The notes below the pieces were generated by a model, which made no database searches, had not been told where the DNA came from, and saw nothing but the letters and a program-made list of their open reading frames with translations. Shown here one piece after another: positions 1-9,615 of a stretch of DNA of 62,639 nt. Both the position numbers and the translations under genes were made by a program. Origin of the DNA: Bacteroidales bacterium (GTDB taxonomy: Bacteria; Bacteroidota; Bacteroidia; Bacteroidales; UBA7960); contig DATIKK010000008.1 of NCBI GenBank assembly GCA_035477635.1, positions 1-62,639 of the forward strand. Reading direction: 5' to 3'. Every line of letters starts with the position of its first letter. Positions within the stretch are counted from its first letter, which is position 1.

Positions 1-91
1 GGCTGAAAATCAATATTGCGCAGAATTTTTCGTCTGTTAAGAATTTCTTAACAAATTTTAGCCTAAAAAAGTGAATAAAAAAGTACTTCGG

Positions 92-1021
92 CTATTGATT
101 TTTTCCAATTTTTTTTGTATTAAAATCGACAAACTTTTCACCGGTATTTTTGTCGAAAACCACGTCTATCATACCAATTCTAACGCCTCCGTAGCCAGTT
201 TGGACAATGGTAACCGGGTGGTTCCGGGCATTGTTTACCACAACAGGAGTATCGAGTATGGTATGGGTATGGCCACCAATTACTATATCGGTAAAGGAAG
301 TTTCACCTGAAAGTTTCAAGTCGCTGATTTGCTGATGATTGTATTGATATCCTAAATGCGATAGGCAAATTATCAAATCGCAATTAAAGCGGTTTTTAAG
401 GATTGTTTCAGTATCGCGGGCTACTTCAACCGGGTCGAGGTAAAAGGTGCCTTCAAACAATGCGGGGGAGACCAGGCCTGAAAGGTTAATACCCAATCCA
501 TATATTCCAATTTTTATCCCATTTCTTCGCAGTACCAGATAACGCATTATTTTTTCATGCAGTATGGTATGGCTAAAATCATAGTTGGATGAAACAAATG
601 GAAATTGGGCATAAGGAAGCACCTTCGAAAATCCTTGCAAACCGTTATCTAATTCATGATTGCCCATTGTGGCTGCGTCGTAACCCATCAGGCTCATTAA
701 TTTCAATTCCGGAACCCCACCAAACATATTAAAATAGGGCGTTCCCTGGAAAATATCACCGGCATCGAGCAATAGTATTTCTGGATCATTTCTTCTTACC
801 TGGCTGATAAAGGCTGCCCGGCGTGCGTAACCTCCCATTCCCGGATAATCAGGGTCGCCGGGTGGAAATGGATCAAGACGGCTGTGGGTGTCGTTGGTGT
901 GAAGAATAGTAACCTTTCGGAGGTTTTGATTAATTGCAGCCCATAAGGAAAACCCCCCGAGTGCTGCAACCCCGGATATCCCGGCCATGGCCAAAAATTT
1001 TCTTCGATTAAGAGGAACCAT
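92..1021 (-). CDS. UshA-like metallophosphoesterase (5'-nucleotidase N-terminal catalytic domain) with Tat-type signal peptide
   Basis: ORF track 92..1045. Metallophosphatase motifs HTNDTHS, DAGDIFQGT, GNHELD and GGHTH are present. The N-terminus MVPLNRRKFLAMAGISGVAALGG resembles a twin-arginine signal. The track start at 1045 is TTG, so the in-frame ATG at 1021 is preferred. Confidence 0.85.
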   Translation of the reverse strand: MVPLNRRKFLAMAGISGVAALGGFSLWAAINQNLRKVTILHTNDTHSRLDPFPPGDPDYPGMGGYARRAAFISQVRRNDPEILLLDAGDIFQGTPYFNMFGGVPELKLMSLMGYDAATMGNHELDNGLQGFSKVLPYAQFPFVSSNYDFSHTILHEKIMRYLVLRRNGIKIGIYGLGINLSGLVSPALFEGTFYLDPVEVARDTETILKNRFNCDLIICLSHLGYQYNHQQISDLKLSGETSFTDIVIGGHTHTILDTPVVVNNARNHPVTIVQTGYGGVRIGMIDVVFDKNTGEKFVDFNTKKIGKNQ

Positions 1022-1049
1022 AGTTTTAATAATGAATATGTGCAAGAAG

Positions 1050-1826
1050 TTACTCTAATATTGTAATGCGGCCATCAAGACTGGAAGTAAGCTTCCTGCC
1101 AAGCGCTTGCTGACTTTGCATATACAAAATGATAGCCTCCCGTACCCTGATTCCAACAATATGGGAGTTAACAGGATTAAGAAAAAAATTCATTTGATCC
1201 CCTCCCTGAGCCAAAAAGTCGGATGTGGCAATTTTATAGTTTCTGTTGAGGTCAAAGGGCTTTCCCTGAATTAGAACTTTGATTGGTTTTTTGTCCCTTA
1301 TCGTCAGATTAATTCCCGAAACTGGCATACCAAATCTTGAAGCGGCAAGGTACTGGAAAAGCTCCCAGGTTTTTTGTCCACTAAGGGTAATGATCATGAT
1401 CTCGTTCTCGAATGGCATCAATTCATAAACATTACCCATTGTAACGGGTCCTAAAGGTAGGCTTGCCCTTAACCCTCCATAATTAAGCAGGCAAAAATCT
1501 ATTGGAAGTCCGTCAGAAGGTTCATATTTTTCGCGGGCTATGCCGAACACAATATCGGCCACAAAGTTATTCAAAAGCCCTTCCGGACTATCCCGCCGCA
1601 TAGGTTGGGCAGATGCTGCCAGAACAAGGTTCATCTCTTCACCAAGTTTGCCACGATAAACGGTAACAATAGAATCTACGGTCGGGTCGGGGTGAGGCAC
1701 ATGTGCTGAGTCAATAACTGCCAATTGCCCCGAAATACTCTGCTGTAATTCACCTCTATGGCAAGCTGTCGGAACGACCAAAATACAAGCCAAAAGTGCA
1801 AAAAATACCCAGTGGTTTTTTACCAT
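1050..1826 (-). CDS. 5'-nucleotidase C-terminal (substrate-binding) domain protein, probable lipoprotein
   Basis: ORF track 1050..1871. Blocks LLNYGGLRASLPLGPVTMGNVYELMPFEN and TSDFLAQGGD are typical of the 5'-nucleotidase C-terminal domain. The hydrophobic N-terminus has Cys residues (FFALLACILVVPTAC). The track start is TTG, so the ATG at 1826 is preferred. Confidence 0.8.
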   Translation of the reverse strand: MVKNHWVFFALLACILVVPTACHRGELQQSISGQLAVIDSAHVPHPDPTVDSIVTVYRGKLGEEMNLVLAASAQPMRRDSPEGLLNNFVADIVFGIAREKYEPSDGLPIDFCLLNYGGLRASLPLGPVTMGNVYELMPFENEIMIITLSGQKTWELFQYLAASRFGMPVSGINLTIRDKKPIKVLIQGKPFDLNRNYKIATSDFLAQGGDQMNFFLNPVNSHIVGIRVREAIILYMQSQQALGRKLTSSLDGRITILE

Positions 1827-2141
1827 GTGCTTTACTGAAAAGGAATTGAGGAAAACGTTAAAGAAAAACAATATTAAGACTTATAGGGCAATAAAGCAAT
1901 ACAATGACAAAAAAAATTTAACCCAGATTGACAACTCAGGTTAATCAGATCCAGTAACGGCTTACTATGAAATGTTAGATTTTTTCATATATTCGTTTTA
2001 TGGTTAAGACCCACCCTACGTAACACAACTGAAAATCAACCACAAGTTGCGGTAAAACTGTTTTGACAGCAAAAGGATTTGAATTAAAAAACTACCGGAT
2101 TTGAGAAAAGAACAAATAGAAATATTGAGAAGAGTTGCTTC

Positions 2142-3188
2142 TTAATTGAAAAAACAATAAAATGTTTCATCGCCGCAAATTACTTTTTCAGGGATTCCAG
2201 AAATTCCAACAGGGGATTTTACTCCTTGTCCGAAAAATTGTTGCCCAACCATTACCCTGGCTTCATCCCAAAGTCCCTCATCTATAAAAGTTTGCAATAA
2301 TTGTCTTCCTCCTTCCACTAAAACCGATTGTATATTCAATGAATGCAGCAGGCTGCATAAGTGATGTAAATTCATTTGTCCTCCTGCAAAGGGAATACTG
2401 CAATATGTAACCCTGTTTTCGGTTTTATCTATTTTTTCGTTTATCACAAGGGTATCCTGCGAATTATCGAAGACTTGCAGGGATTTAGGCAATTCCAAAT
2501 GGCGATCGATAACAATTCGCAGTGGGTTTGTGCCCGTCCAGTCACGTACACTGAGTTTCGGATTATCGGCCAATGCAGTATTTGTTCCCACCATAATTGC
2601 AGACTCCTCGCTTCGCCATTTATGTACCCAAAGCCGAAACCTTTCGCTGGAAATTCTTGCCGGTGGTTTTTCATATGGAAATTCTCTGGGGGCATCAATG
2701 TAACCATCGGCTGTTTGAGCCCATTTCAAAACGATGTAAGGGCGCTTTTTTCCGTGAAAGGTAAAAAACCTCCGGTTGATATGCAGGCAGGAGTTTTTTA
2801 AAACACCAACCGTAACCTCGCACCCGTGATTTCTTAGCCTTGCAATCCCTTTACCGGCAACAACCGAATGCGAATCGATACTTCCTACAACCACTCTTTT
2901 TATCCCATTCTGTATAATCAAATCAGAGCAGGGAGGGGTTTTGCCAAAATGGCTACACGGCTCAAGGTTTACATACAGTGTAGATTCTGGAATAAGCAAT
3001 CGGTTTTGCACTGAATTGATGGCATAAACTTCGGCATGAGGTCCACCAAAAACCCTGTGAAAGCCTTCTCCAATAATATTGTCATGGCAAACAACCACGC
3101 TCCCGACTAAAGGGTTGGGCGCCACCGAACCAAGACCCTTCGCTGCCAAATCAAGGCAGCGATTCATAAATTGCTCATCCCTGTTCAT
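2142..3188 (-). CDS. ribD: Bifunctional riboflavin biosynthesis protein RibD (pyrimidine deaminase / uracil reductase)
   Basis: Zinc deaminase motifs HAEVYAI and PCSHFGKTPPC are present, followed by a RibD C-terminal reductase domain. The length is 348 aa and the start is ATG. Confidence 0.93.
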   Translation of the reverse strand: MNRDEQFMNRCLDLAAKGLGSVAPNPLVGSVVVCHDNIIGEGFHRVFGGPHAEVYAINSVQNRLLIPESTLYVNLEPCSHFGKTPPCSDLIIQNGIKRVVVGSIDSHSVVAGKGIARLRNHGCEVTVGVLKNSCLHINRRFFTFHGKKRPYIVLKWAQTADGYIDAPREFPYEKPPARISSERFRLWVHKWRSEESAIMVGTNTALADNPKLSVRDWTGTNPLRIVIDRHLELPKSLQVFDNSQDTLVINEKIDKTENRVTYCSIPFAGGQMNLHHLCSLLHSLNIQSVLVEGGRQLLQTFIDEGLWDEARVMVGQQFFGQGVKSPVGISGIPEKVICGDETFYCFFN

Positions 3189-3287
3189 GAAAATTGCTGG
3201 AAGAAATTTTTTAATGTTCTCCCAAAATTAGCTATAATTACGAAAGTAGGCTGGAATTGCCCTTTTTACAACCTCTTAAGGAGATAA

Positions 3288-6254
3288 TTATTTGGTTGCC
3301 TCGTGTTTGTTGTTTTCATTTTCCTCCAAACCCTGGAGCACTTTTTCCAATACAAGCATTATTAAGGATATGTCTTTCTCGATTTCGCCAAGAAGTCTCT
3401 GGACATCCTGAGGTTTTTTGTTGCTCCGGATCTGATTTTGCAAATGATCTATCTTTACTGATACTTCGGAGAAACCCAAATGTGAGAAACCTGGTTTTAT
3501 TTTGTGTAATGCCTGCGCTGCCAGCTCTCCCACATTATTTTTCAAATGTTTTTTTACCCTTTCAATGACCTGGGGAATATTGTTCATGAAATGCTTTACC
3601 AACGAAGCTGCTGCGCTTGAATTATCATCGAAAATCTTGGTTAATGAATCAATGGTCCTTTGCTTCAATACGTTGATTTCAGGCTCATCTCCTTCATCGA
3701 TACTCGAAGTAATGGCTGTTTCAATTTTCTGTTCTTCAGGCACTGTCGAAATATGGCTGATAATCTTACGGTATAATAGTTCTGAGTCGGTAGGTTTTAC
3801 AATATAATCGTTCATGCCGGCCATTTGAACCATAGTACGGGTTTCATCATTTACATCGGCTGTAAGTGCAATGACAATTACGTCAGGATTCAATACATAT
3901 GGTAAGCCTTTACGAATTTTCTCCACCGTTTCAAACCCATCCATTTCGGGCATATGAAGATCCATAAATACTACATCAAAAGCCTTTTTTGAAAGAATTT
4001 CCATGGCTACCCTGCCATTTTCCGCTTCCTCAACATCTGCATTCCATTTTCTGAGAAACTGAAGGATAACAAACCTGTTCATCGGGTCATCCTCAACCAG
4101 CAGGAATTTCAAACCTTTCAGATTTTTATCCTTTGGGCCGGTTTCCTGTACCATTACTTCGGGCGCTTTTTCGCTAACCTCAAAAGGAACCTCGAAAAAG
4201 AAGGTTGACCCTATACCTTCAATACTAACAACTCCAATTTCTCCTCCCAAAAGTTCAACCAACCTTTTGCTAATTGGAAGGCCTAAACCGGTACCCCCAT
4301 ATTTACGATAGGTTTTTTTATCTGCCTGGGTATAACTCTCGAAAATCATTGTCCGCTTTTGGGGGGGGATACCAATGCCGGTATCGGAAACTGAAAACCT
4401 GATCCGACTATGCTTAAGTGTTCTGCTAACTTGCTTAACATATATATTAATATTTCCTTCTGCGGTAAATTTTATCGCATTACTGAGCAAATTCAGTAAT
4501 ATTTGTCTGATTCTTCCTTCATCGCCCATAACATATTCAGGGAGGTTGGAATTTATACTTATTTTTACCGTTAAGCCTTTTTCCCGTGCTTTAAATTCAA
4601 TGGCTTTTGTGGTATTTTTTATCAGATTTGGAAGGTTAAGATAATCCTTATCCAAAACCACCTGACCCTCTTCTAATTTCGACAAATCAAGTACATCGTT
4701 AATTATTCCAAGCAGATGACGACTCGAATATTTTATTGAGCGAATATTTTCAGCAATTTCTTCGCGCATATTCTCGTTGAGGCTGAGCAATTCGGCCAAA
4801 CCAATGATCGAATTAAGGGGAGTCCTTATTTCGTGGCTAATACCTGTAAGAAAGTTTGCCTTTTGCCTTGCCGACTCTTCAGCAAGGATTTTAGCTTTTT
4901 CCAATTCTTTGGCTAACCGCTTGTCGTCAGTAATATCTATAATAATGGCGAAAACCAGATCCCTGCCATTTTCCCTATATTTATTTTCGTATATTTCTAC
5001 ATTACGGAACTGGCCATCCTTGAGCCTGTGCCTTGATTCTTTTGAGAACTTTCCGGGAATTGGAGAAGCAGGTGATATCTGTATCTCTTCAATATTCAAT
5101 TTGGTAATTTCTTCTTCGCTATAACCATAAAATTCGCAAGCAGACTTGTTGCATTTGGTAATGAACCCATTTTCAGGGTTATACACCAAAATTGCTAATG
5201 GATTATTATCGAAAAATCCTCTGAAACGGATGATGCTTTTCTGAAACTCTTCCTCAAAGAATTTCTGTTGATTTATATCATGATATGAACCTAAAACTTT
5301 TACCGGTTGAGAAGCTTCGTTATATACCACAGAAAGTCTAATTAGAATCCAGAGGTATCCTCCATCCTTGGACCTAAAACGGCATGTGAGCTTCTGATTG
5401 GGCACTTCACCCTTCATCATACACCGTTCCAATTCGTCATATATAACAAGATCTGCCGGATGAATCAAATCCTTAAGTACCCTAAGGGTATTATTTAAAT
5501 CATCATCAGAATAACCAAGCATTTCTTTCCATTGGGACGAAAGAAACAGTTCATTTGTTTCAATATTATATTCAGACAAACCATCAGTACTGACCTGCAT
5601 CAGCAACGAATGCCTGTGGTCGGCTTCCAGCATCTTGAGTTCCTGTTCATGTTTATTGGTAACATCAATGGCTGTTACCAGAAATGCAGCCTGGCCAAGA
5701 AACTCTATTTGTTTTGTCATTAACTCTGACCAAATTTCTTCTTTGCCTTTTTGGAGTAGCCTAAACTGTCCATTAATGAGAGGCGTTTTTTGGTTTAAAA
5801 ACCAATTTTTAACTGTTGTATCAGCAATACTCTCAGGATGAATTATTTGCCAAATTTCTAGCGACATAAGGTCTTTCCGCGAAAAACCTGTTAAGCGCTC
5901 CATCGCCTTATTTACATACTTAATTTTATTTTCCTGAAAAATTACCATACCTGCCGCTGATTCTTCGGTTAAATAGTAATAGAAATCCTTTTCAGCTTCT
6001 GCCTCTTTTTTGGTTCTTATCATCCAAAAAACATAAATACCGAGAAAAATTAGGGATAATAAAAGGATAATAATCGCAATGGTATAAAAAATACTTGCAT
6101 CGAGAAAAAGAAGATTGTAATCAACTGGAAACAAATAAGTTTGAAAGGGATAAACTTCAGGTGCTGCAACCATAGTACCGGAATTCTTGCAGGCAGGTGG
6201 CAGCCATTGAAATGAAAACAAGACAGTTAGAAATAAGATTAAAAGTTCTTTCAC
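3288..6254 (-). CDS. Hybrid sensor histidine kinase / response regulator with PAS domains and C-terminal HPt domain
   Basis: The 988 aa protein has N-terminal signal/TM segments and several PAS-like blocks. It has the H-box SHEIRTPLNSI and ATPase boxes LLSNAIKFT, DTGIGI and GGTGLGLPISK. A receiver domain follows (LLVEDDP, FMDLHMPEMDG), then an HPt-like segment (ALHKIKPGFSHLG). The start is GTG. Confidence 0.9.
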   Translation of the reverse strand: MKELLILFLTVLFSFQWLPPACKNSGTMVAAPEVYPFQTYLFPVDYNLLFLDASIFYTIAIIILLLSLIFLGIYVFWMIRTKKEAEAEKDFYYYLTEESAAGMVIFQENKIKYVNKAMERLTGFSRKDLMSLEIWQIIHPESIADTTVKNWFLNQKTPLINGQFRLLQKGKEEIWSELMTKQIEFLGQAAFLVTAIDVTNKHEQELKMLEADHRHSLLMQVSTDGLSEYNIETNELFLSSQWKEMLGYSDDDLNNTLRVLKDLIHPADLVIYDELERCMMKGEVPNQKLTCRFRSKDGGYLWILIRLSVVYNEASQPVKVLGSYHDINQQKFFEEEFQKSIIRFRGFFDNNPLAILVYNPENGFITKCNKSACEFYGYSEEEITKLNIEEIQISPASPIPGKFSKESRHRLKDGQFRNVEIYENKYRENGRDLVFAIIIDITDDKRLAKELEKAKILAEESARQKANFLTGISHEIRTPLNSIIGLAELLSLNENMREEIAENIRSIKYSSRHLLGIINDVLDLSKLEEGQVVLDKDYLNLPNLIKNTTKAIEFKAREKGLTVKISINSNLPEYVMGDEGRIRQILLNLLSNAIKFTAEGNINIYVKQVSRTLKHSRIRFSVSDTGIGIPPQKRTMIFESYTQADKKTYRKYGGTGLGLPISKRLVELLGGEIGVVSIEGIGSTFFFEVPFEVSEKAPEVMVQETGPKDKNLKGLKFLLVEDDPMNRFVILQFLRKWNADVEEAENGRVAMEILSKKAFDVVFMDLHMPEMDGFETVEKIRKGLPYVLNPDVIVIALTADVNDETRTMVQMAGMNDYIVKPTDSELLYRKIISHISTVPEEQKIETAITSSIDEGDEPEINVLKQRTIDSLTKIFDDNSSAAASLVKHFMNNIPQVIERVKKHLKNNVGELAAQALHKIKPGFSHLGFSEVSVKIDHLQNQIRSNKKPQDVQRLLGEIEKDISLIMLVLEKVLQGLEENENNKHEATK

Positions 6255-6526
6255 ACAAAAAATATTGATTACACACTCAATTCTTATGCCGGACAGGTTT
6301 TTTCAAAATTAAAGGTTAATTTTTAACATATAAACGTTTTAGAATAAATTTATTTTGGCAAAACTATACTAAACGTAGATAAATCTACATTTTTGCATAA
6401 AAAACTTAAGCAATTTAGGTGTTTCCCTTGGAGCTTACAAGGGTTTAGACGGGTGTGTGATGGGTTTTGAAAACGCATCAAATAAAATTTACATGCGTGG
6501 TGCAGAAAATTTGTAACTCATACATT

Positions 6527-7711
6527 TTAAACAAATTGAATGTTTGTTTCTTTCAGGAATTTTTTTTCAAGCGATTGGACAATTTTTTTGATTACTGTAC
6601 GGCGGATTTCCAGCTCGACCGGCAGGTTCGGGTCTTGATGCGCTACATTGATTGCCGTTCCAACAACAAAAGTTATGCTGTCAACTTCGAGAAACATTTT
6701 CACTATCGAATCAGCAGGGCCCGTGCCTAAATCAGTTCTAGGGCTGAATTTATCCAAAATTTCGGAAACCTTGCTTAGGGTAAGAATCCCTTCAGTAACC
6801 AGGTCTATTCCTTCCATGTAAGACACCGGGGGGAGGTCGGGATCTTCAAAATTAAGGGAGTCTTTGATGGTGATGTTTAATTCGTGTCCAATAATGCTCG
6901 CAGTTGTTCCACCACAAATGATCTTCTTTCCCTCAAAATCCCTGACCATAGCAGCCAACTCCCGGTCTTTTTCCTTATCAAATGGCGGGCCTGAGCAAAG
7001 CAGAAGGTTGCGGGGTTCGCGCAGGTAAACCACCACTGCGCTGATATCGTCTTTTGCCTGATAATTATCGTTTGCGTGTGCTTTGTTTACAAGCCGGCTT
7101 GCTAGTTTATCTGCCGAAATCTCAAATTTTTCTTCCAAACTTTCGAGTAGCATGTGTGCCACATTGTCATGCCCCCAGCCCAGCATGAATTTCCCTTTTC
7201 CTAAGCCCGACTGAGTTACTCCATCGCTCATAAGTACGATACGATCTTCTTTTCGGGAGTTAAAAGTACAGACCATAATTTCTTTTCCTGCAGTGTTTTC
7301 TCTATCCTGCATTATATTGGTCCAGGTGAGTTCCAGCAGTTTTTTATCTCTCAAAACAATAGGGGTGGGATTGTCGTAGTTGATAATGGTGGTTTTGCCC
7401 GATTCTTCAATATCAATTATTGAAAAGGTAGCATAGCTAATTTTCCGTTCGCTGCACACAGGAAGGGTGTTCAGGATAATGTCAGCAATTTTGCGACTAT
7501 CTTTATGTTCTTTGGTAAAATTAAGTGCCATCGTTGCAGTGATGGTCGAAAGGAGATTTGCTTTAACTCCATGACCCATACCATCAGATAATACCACAAC
7601 AGTGCGTTTTTCTTCCTTTACCTTTTGCGAGGCAAACGAATCGCCACAAATGCGTTCGCCTGTATGATTCCTTTGGAATGACCCAACCTCAATATAAAAC
7701 TCATCTTTCAT
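6527..7711 (-). CDS. PP2C/SpoIIE-family Ser/Thr protein phosphatase with uncharacterised C-terminal domain
   Basis: PP2C/SpoIIE motifs ICGDSF, LSDGMGHGVKA and LMSDGV lie in the first ~230 aa. The remaining ~160 aa (KIICGGTTASIIGHEL...VGTAINVAHQD) matches no domain I can name. The ATG overlaps the stop of the upstream H-domain gene as ATGA (7708-7711). Confidence 0.85.
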   Translation of the reverse strand: MKDEFYIEVGSFQRNHTGERICGDSFASQKVKEEKRTVVVLSDGMGHGVKANLLSTITATMALNFTKEHKDSRKIADIILNTLPVCSERKISYATFSIIDIEESGKTTIINYDNPTPIVLRDKKLLELTWTNIMQDRENTAGKEIMVCTFNSRKEDRIVLMSDGVTQSGLGKGKFMLGWGHDNVAHMLLESLEEKFEISADKLASRLVNKAHANDNYQAKDDISAVVVYLREPRNLLLCSGPPFDKEKDRELAAMVRDFEGKKIICGGTTASIIGHELNITIKDSLNFEDPDLPPVSYMEGIDLVTEGILTLSKVSEILDKFSPRTDLGTGPADSIVKMFLEVDSITFVVGTAINVAHQDPNLPVELEIRRTVIKKIVQSLEKKFLKETNIQFV

Positions 7712-9567
7712 GAGCCTTGTTGTTTCTTAAGTTTTTGATAGGTTTCGATGATTGAGTTCAGCATCTTTTCGGTATTGCTGGCGCCCTCACCCAAGAGGAA
7801 GGCTATGTTTTGAACCATTTTCAGGTTCTCGTCAATAACTTCTGTTACCCGATTTATAACCTCTTCTTTGCGTACTTCGGCAATGTGCATATCGCGAAAA
7901 ACACCACCGACTATTTTATTGCTTTTTAAAGAATATATGCTTACATTAAGCAGGTTTTCACCATGGTTAACATCCTTTCCGATTACATTCTCATCTTGTT
8001 CAAGTACATAGGCAAACAGGTTATAAATATTATGGGGGAGAAGCGATTTTAAATCAGCTCCGACCATGCCAGGAATTACCTCGTTGATTACGGCAGCATC
8101 TTCACCCAGAATTTTTACGAAACTCTGATTCGACTCAATAATTTGTAATTTCTCGTTCACAATAACGGCTGCAGATGGTAGGTTTTGAAACAGGGCCGAA
8201 ATGGTTTGGACCTCTTGTTTTATCTTCTGGTTTTCAGCCTTCAGGCCTTTTTCAACATCATTCTGGGTATCGGTCAGCTTTTTCAGTTTATCATTATTGC
8301 TTTTTAGTACCCTTATGTACTCACTTTTGCTCCTAATGGAATAATTGAGGCACATTTCGGGTTTGCTAAGCCCCTGGCTGATTGAAATGGCAAAATCGCG
8401 GCAACTCCGGTATCCGCAAGCGCTGCACGATGGTCTCTTTTCCAGGTCTTTTCCGAGGCTTTTCATTATTTCCTCTATTCGATCATTGCCCGGTACCGGA
8501 AGTCTCTGATCGTCTTTAACAAAGGTTCGCGATAGGTCGAGTGCAGAATAGTTTCTCATTTCCTGTTCCCATCTTGGCCTGTCAAAATCTTTCAGGCGCT
8601 TATTGGCATAAGCAACCACCATCGACCTTCGAAGAAATTTGTTTGATGACACTGTTGTTCCGGGTCCCATCAGGCAGCCCTGATCGTAGAAAAGGCTGAA
8701 ATGCTTTTTCATGGAATCTGATTCGGCTGAGAACTCTTCAACTGCGTGAATCATATTCTCCTTACCACTTGCCGATACCACCGAGCCGTAAAGCAAATCA
8801 GTACTGACTCCCGATGCATATGTGAATCCGTTTGGCAATGGGTACAGAGACCCCAGATAGCCTATGGGTGGATCAAAATCAGAAAACTCGACCATACCTT
8901 CCTTTATGTTAAATCTTTCGAACAACTGGCGAAGTTCCCTGAAAGTGAGTACTGCATCAATTCGTCCATCATCCTCAAAAAGATGTGCATCATATTTGGC
9001 CGACAGGCAGGGGCCAAAGCAAACAATTTTCACATCCATCCCGTATGTTTTTCGAACCACCTTTGCAGTGGCAGTCATGGGAGTTACAATGGGGGCAAGG
9101 TTTTCGGTAAGTTCAGGATGAAATTTTTCTACAAAAGAAACCAGACTCGGACAATTAGCCGTCAGATAATACTTCCCTTTGAAGTTTTCCAACAACGTTT
9201 TGTATTTTTCGGCTACCAGATCAACTCCAAACGAAATTTCGACAACATAATCGAACCCAAGGGTTCGGATCATCTCAACAAATTTCCTGTAGTCGAGTAT
9301 ATCCGGAAATTCGCCGCTTATGGTTGGATCAACAATAGCTGCAACCTTTTGCTCCGAAGCCAGCAATTCGACCGCCCTGTCGAGGTCGCTACAATGCGAA
9401 ACCGCATTCGACCCGCACACCGAAAGGCAACTGCCACATCCTATACACCTGTCGTGGTTTACCACAGGCTTTCCGTCGTCGCGCGATGAAATGGCTTTTA
9501 CCGGGCAAATCCGCACGCAGGCATATGATTTATTGCAGGCATTCAGATCAATGTTAATTATTTGCAT
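7708..9567 (-). CDS. Sensory-type [FeFe]-hydrogenase-like protein (HydS/HfsB-like): ferredoxin + H-domain + extra 4Fe-4S motif + PAS
   Basis: There are two N-terminal 4Fe-4S motifs (CNKSYACVRICP, CIGCGSCLSVC). The H-domain carries variant motifs TANCP, GPCLSAKYD and QGCLMGPG. A CSACGYRSC-x16-C motif and a C-terminal PAS-like domain follow. The protein is clearly paralogous to the 14502..16550 product, with shared blocks SFVEK(F/H)HP, LDL(S/T)RTF and DDQR. Confidence 0.85.
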   Translation of the reverse strand: MQIINIDLNACNKSYACVRICPVKAISSRDDGKPVVNHDRCIGCGSCLSVCGSNAVSHCSDLDRAVELLASEQKVAAIVDPTISGEFPDILDYRKFVEMIRTLGFDYVVEISFGVDLVAEKYKTLLENFKGKYYLTANCPSLVSFVEKFHPELTENLAPIVTPMTATAKVVRKTYGMDVKIVCFGPCLSAKYDAHLFEDDGRIDAVLTFRELRQLFERFNIKEGMVEFSDFDPPIGYLGSLYPLPNGFTYASGVSTDLLYGSVVSASGKENMIHAVEEFSAESDSMKKHFSLFYDQGCLMGPGTTVSSNKFLRRSMVVAYANKRLKDFDRPRWEQEMRNYSALDLSRTFVKDDQRLPVPGNDRIEEIMKSLGKDLEKRPSCSACGYRSCRDFAISISQGLSKPEMCLNYSIRSKSEYIRVLKSNNDKLKKLTDTQNDVEKGLKAENQKIKQEVQTISALFQNLPSAAVIVNEKLQIIESNQSFVKILGEDAAVINEVIPGMVGADLKSLLPHNIYNLFAYVLEQDENVIGKDVNHGENLLNVSIYSLKSNKIVGGVFRDMHIAEVRKEEVINRVTEVIDENLKMVQNIAFLLGEGASNTEKMLNSIIETYQKLKKQQGS

Positions 9568-9615
9568 GTCTTTTACTCTTAAAGGATTTTCGTAAAAGGT
9601 GAGCGGAGTTTCTTT

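Noticed and set aside
3189-3287. A possible FMN riboswitch upstream of ribD.
   Set aside because: The spacer is only ~100 nt. I could not find the conserved FMN-element core or a multi-stem junction pattern, so it is probably just a promoter region.
8746-9489. 247-aa plus-strand ORF, with similar long antisense ORFs at 15581-16042, 32786-33316, 34375-34932 and 51669-52313.
   Set aside because: Each lies entirely opposite a gene with strong diagnostic motifs (H-domain protein, kinase, secA, acyl-CoA dehydrogenase). They have no recognisable motifs and have odd composition. I treat them as shadow ORFs.
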